DNA of 5,282 nucleotides. Source: a virus. The position numbers and the translations under genes were made by a program. This document shows, piece after piece, positions 3,260 through 5,282 of this stretch. The stretch lies in the IMG/VR virus record IMGVR_UViG_3300029183_000168, positions 1-5,282 of that record. The stretch is one strand, 5' to 3'. Every line of letters begins with the position of its first letter. Within the stretch, counting starts at the first letter, position 1. The notes under the pieces are model-generated. The model searched no databases and was not told where the DNA came from. It saw only the letters and a program-made list of their open reading frames with translations.

Positions 3260-4857
3260 TGCGTGTGCCATCCACTCAACAGCATCGTTTCAGTGAGGTT
3301 CCACAGGCGAATATCCCGCGTTCGTCGTTTGATCGTTCGCATGGATATAAGACTACTTTTGATGCTGGTTATTTGATTCCGTTCTATTGTGATGAAGCGT
3401 TACCAGGTGATACGTTTAGTATGCGTGTTACTGCTTTTGCGCGATTAGCTACGCCGCTTAAGCCCATAATGGACAACTTGTTTATGGACTTTTTCTTTTT
3501 TGCGGTGCCTAATCGGTTGCTTTGGAATAATTGGGAGAAGTTCAATGGAGCCCAGGATGATCCGGGAGATAGCATTAGTTTTACTGTGCCAACTGTGTCT
3601 GGTTCTAATTTCCCTGCTGCTGGCTCTCTTGAGGATTATTTCGGTATTCCTGTTGCTGATTATAGCCCTGAAACTGTTACTTGGAACAACCTTCATGGAC
3701 GGGCATATAATTTTATTTGGAATGACTGGTTTAGAGATGAGAATCTACAGGATAGTGTAGTTGTTGATTTAGATGATGGCCCGGACAATCGTTCGGATTA
3801 TGTGTTGTTGAAGCGTGGCAAGCGCCATGATTATTTTACTTCGTGCTTGCCTTGGCCGCAGAAGGGTACTGCTGTTTCGATTCCTCTTGGTACGCAGGCT
3901 CCTGTAAAGGGTATTGGTAAGGAGTCTCTTGCTGAGACGACTGGTTCACAGACTGTGTTCGAGACTGGTGAGAGTGCTGCAACGTCTTTCGCTCGTTGGC
4001 ATAGTTTTGCTTCTGGTGGTGCTGATGAGATTTTCGTGGAGACTGTATCGCCGGGATATCCGGCTGTTTTTGCTGATCTTACTAATGCTACCGCTGCTAC
4101 TATTAATGACCTGCGTAATGCTTTCCAGACGCAGAAGTTGATTGAGCGTGATGCGCGTGGTGGTACTAGGTATATTGAGATTGTGCGTTCACACTTTGGT
4201 GTCATTTCGGATGATGCACGGATGCAGCGCCCCGAGTATCTCGGTGGTGGTACTGTTATGGTTAATGTGAGCCCTGTTGCTAATACTTCTGGTAATACCG
4301 GAGGTTCTGAGAATGTTAATCAAGGTGACCTGGCCGCGTTTGGTACTGCTTCTGCTCATGGTATTGGTTTTCATAAGTCTTTTACCGAGCATTGTACTTT
4401 ACTTGGTCTTGTTTGTGTCCGCGCTGATTTGACGTATCAGCAAGGTATGGAGCGTATGTGGTCGCGCCAGACTCGGTATGATTTTTATTGGCCGGCTCTG
4501 GCTCATATTGGTGAGCAAGCGGTTCTGAATAAGGAGATTTATACTACTGGCGTGGATGCTACTGATGATGCTGTTTTTGGTTATCAAGAGCGTTATGCGG
4601 AGTACCGGTATAAGCCTTCGAGGTTGACTGGCCTAATGCGTTCGACGCAAACTAATAGTTTGGATATCTGGCATTTGGGTCAAGAGTTTACTACTGCTCC
4701 TGCGCTTAATGCCGCCTTTATTGAGGAGAATCCTCCTGTCGATCGTGTCATTGCTGTGACTACTGAGCCGCATTTTATTTTTGATGCTTATCTTAGTCTC
4801 CGGTGTGCTCGACCGATGCCGTTGTACGGTGTTCCTGGTAATATTGATAGGTTCTAA
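3256..4857 (+). CDS. VP1: Major capsid protein VP1 (Microviridae F-protein family)
   Basis: The ORF encodes 533 aa. An AGGGAGG lies 7 nt upstream, and the ATG overlaps the previous stop (ATGA). The hallmark blocks FSEVPQANIPRSSFDRSHGYKTTFDAGYLIPFYCDEALPGDTF, MDNLFMDFFFFAVPNRLLW and TINDLRNAFQTQKLIERDARGGTRYIEIVRSHFGV are present. Confidence 0.95.
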   Translation: MMRVPSTQQHRFSEVPQANIPRSSFDRSHGYKTTFDAGYLIPFYCDEALPGDTFSMRVTAFARLATPLKPIMDNLFMDFFFFAVPNRLLWNNWEKFNGAQDDPGDSISFTVPTVSGSNFPAAGSLEDYFGIPVADYSPETVTWNNLHGRAYNFIWNDWFRDENLQDSVVVDLDDGPDNRSDYVLLKRGKRHDYFTSCLPWPQKGTAVSIPLGTQAPVKGIGKESLAETTGSQTVFETGESAATSFARWHSFASGGADEIFVETVSPGYPAVFADLTNATAATINDLRNAFQTQKLIERDARGGTRYIEIVRSHFGVISDDARMQRPEYLGGGTVMVNVSPVANTSGNTGGSENVNQGDLAAFGTASAHGIGFHKSFTEHCTLLGLVCVRADLTYQQGMERMWSRQTRYDFYWPALAHIGEQAVLNKEIYTTGVDATDDAVFGYQERYAEYRYKPSRLTGLMRSTQTNSLDIWHLGQEFTTAPALNAAFIEENPPVDRVIAVTTEPHFIFDAYLSLRCARPMPLYGVPGNIDRF

Positions 4858-4859
4858 TT

Positions 4860-5282
4860 ATGGATCCGCTGACTATCGCTGCTGTTGGCTTGCCTTTGTT
4901 AGGTGCTGCTTCTTCGGCTTTTGGTCAACGCTCTGCTAATAAGACTAATGTTAAATTGGCGCGTGAGCGCATGCAGTTTGAAGAGCAGATGAGTTCTACT
5001 GCTTGGCAACGTGGTACTGATGATATGCGTAAAGCTGGCATCAATCCTATGTTGGCCGCTGGTCTTGGTGGTGCTACCGGTGGTAGTGGTGCGCAGGCTC
5101 AAGTTGGTAATGTTGGTGCTGCTGCTACCGAAGGTGCATCTAGTGCTATGGCTATGCGTGTTGCTAAGAAGAATGTTGATCTCATGGACCAGAATATTCA
5201 GCATGCTCGTGCTGTTACTGCTAAGGAGAAGTGGCTTGGTGACCAGGAGTTGTTGAAGTATCGTGCTGCTGAGGCTCGTTAT
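4860..5282 (+). CDS. VP2: DNA pilot (minor capsid) protein VP2, N-terminal part. It is open to the window end and continues at 1..333 in the circular molecule, giving 218 aa in total.
   Basis: This ORF is not in the track because it has no stop within the window. The ATG at 4860 lies 2 nt after the VP1 stop. I translated it by hand with no stop through 5282: MDPLTIAAVGLPLLGAASSAFGQRSANKTNVKLARERMQFEEQMSSTAWQRGTDDMRKAGINPMLAAGLGG... The block N..LA....FQE.MS.TA.QR...DM..AG.NPMLA is, as I recall it, the conserved VP2 signature. Confidence 0.88.
   Translation, partial: MDPLTIAAVGLPLLGAASSAFGQRSANKTNVKLARERMQFEEQMSSTAWQRGTDDMRKAGINPMLAAGLGGATGGSGAQAQVGNVGAAATEGASSAMAMRVAKKNVDLMDQNIQHARAVTAKEKWLGDQELLKYRAAEARY
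5184..5282. repeat. Terminal direct repeat, copy 2, identical to 1..99
   Basis: It is an exact 99-nt match to the start of the window. Confidence 0.95.

Noticed and set aside
3500-3760. Very hydrophobic + strand ORFs are embedded in the +1 frame of real genes: 3500..3760 and 3914..4141 in VP1, 5011..5256 in VP2, 1535..1792 in the peptidase gene and 2356..2568 in VP4. They recall the embedded phiX174 E lysis gene.
   Set aside because: All five lie in the same relative frame, where the T-rich wobble position of the host gene becomes codon position 2. That automatically yields runs of L, I, V, F and M. At least two (1535 GTG, 3500 TTG) start with non-ATG codons, and I checked the upstream region of 3500 and found no SD. 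A compositional artefact explains all five at once. Only conservation analysis could rescue any of them.
1-5282. I looked for tRNA or rRNA genes, CRISPR repeats, integrase, recombinase or transposase genes, and inverted terminal repeats.
   Set aside because: I found no cloverleaf-like or rRNA-like segments and no regularly spaced repeats. Apart from a few short unsupported ORFs in the non-coding region, every ORF of meaningful size is accounted for by the phage genes or their shadow frames. The only long repeat is the 99-nt assembly overlap.

Overview
The window is one complete circular ssDNA phage genome of the family Microviridae, gokushovirus-like, linearised inside a gene. Bases 1..99 are identical to 5184..5282, so the unit length is 5183 nt. 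The ORF at 1..333 is therefore the 3' part of a gene that starts at 4860. The core gene set lies on the + strand with very tight spacing: VP4 replication initiator (2034..2972), a small conserved ORF5-like protein (2969..3259, GTG start), VP1 major capsid (3256..4857), VP2 DNA pilot (4860..5183 joined to 1..333, 218 aa) and VP3 internal scaffold (336..782). The unusual part is the roughly 1.25 kb between VP3 and VP4 (783..2033). It holds seven elements in order. (i) A GC-rich, hairpin-dense non-coding region with a bidirectional rho-independent terminator. (ii) A near-consensus sigma70-type + strand promoter. (iii) An 86-aa ORF on the minus strand with a strong Shine-Dalgarno and its own candidate promoter, which is unusual in a family whose genes normally share one strand. 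(iv) A 118-aa LAS/M15-type zinc peptidoglycan peptidase, a candidate endolysin. (v) A 42-aa arginine-rich J/VP8-like DNA-binding protein that is absent from the ORF track. (vi) A 35-aa single-transmembrane ORF with a basic tail, also absent from the track and a holin or single-gene-lysis candidate. I saw no tRNA, rRNA, CRISPR array, integrase or transposase. All protein family calls rest on motifs I recognise by eye and from memory, because no searches could be run.
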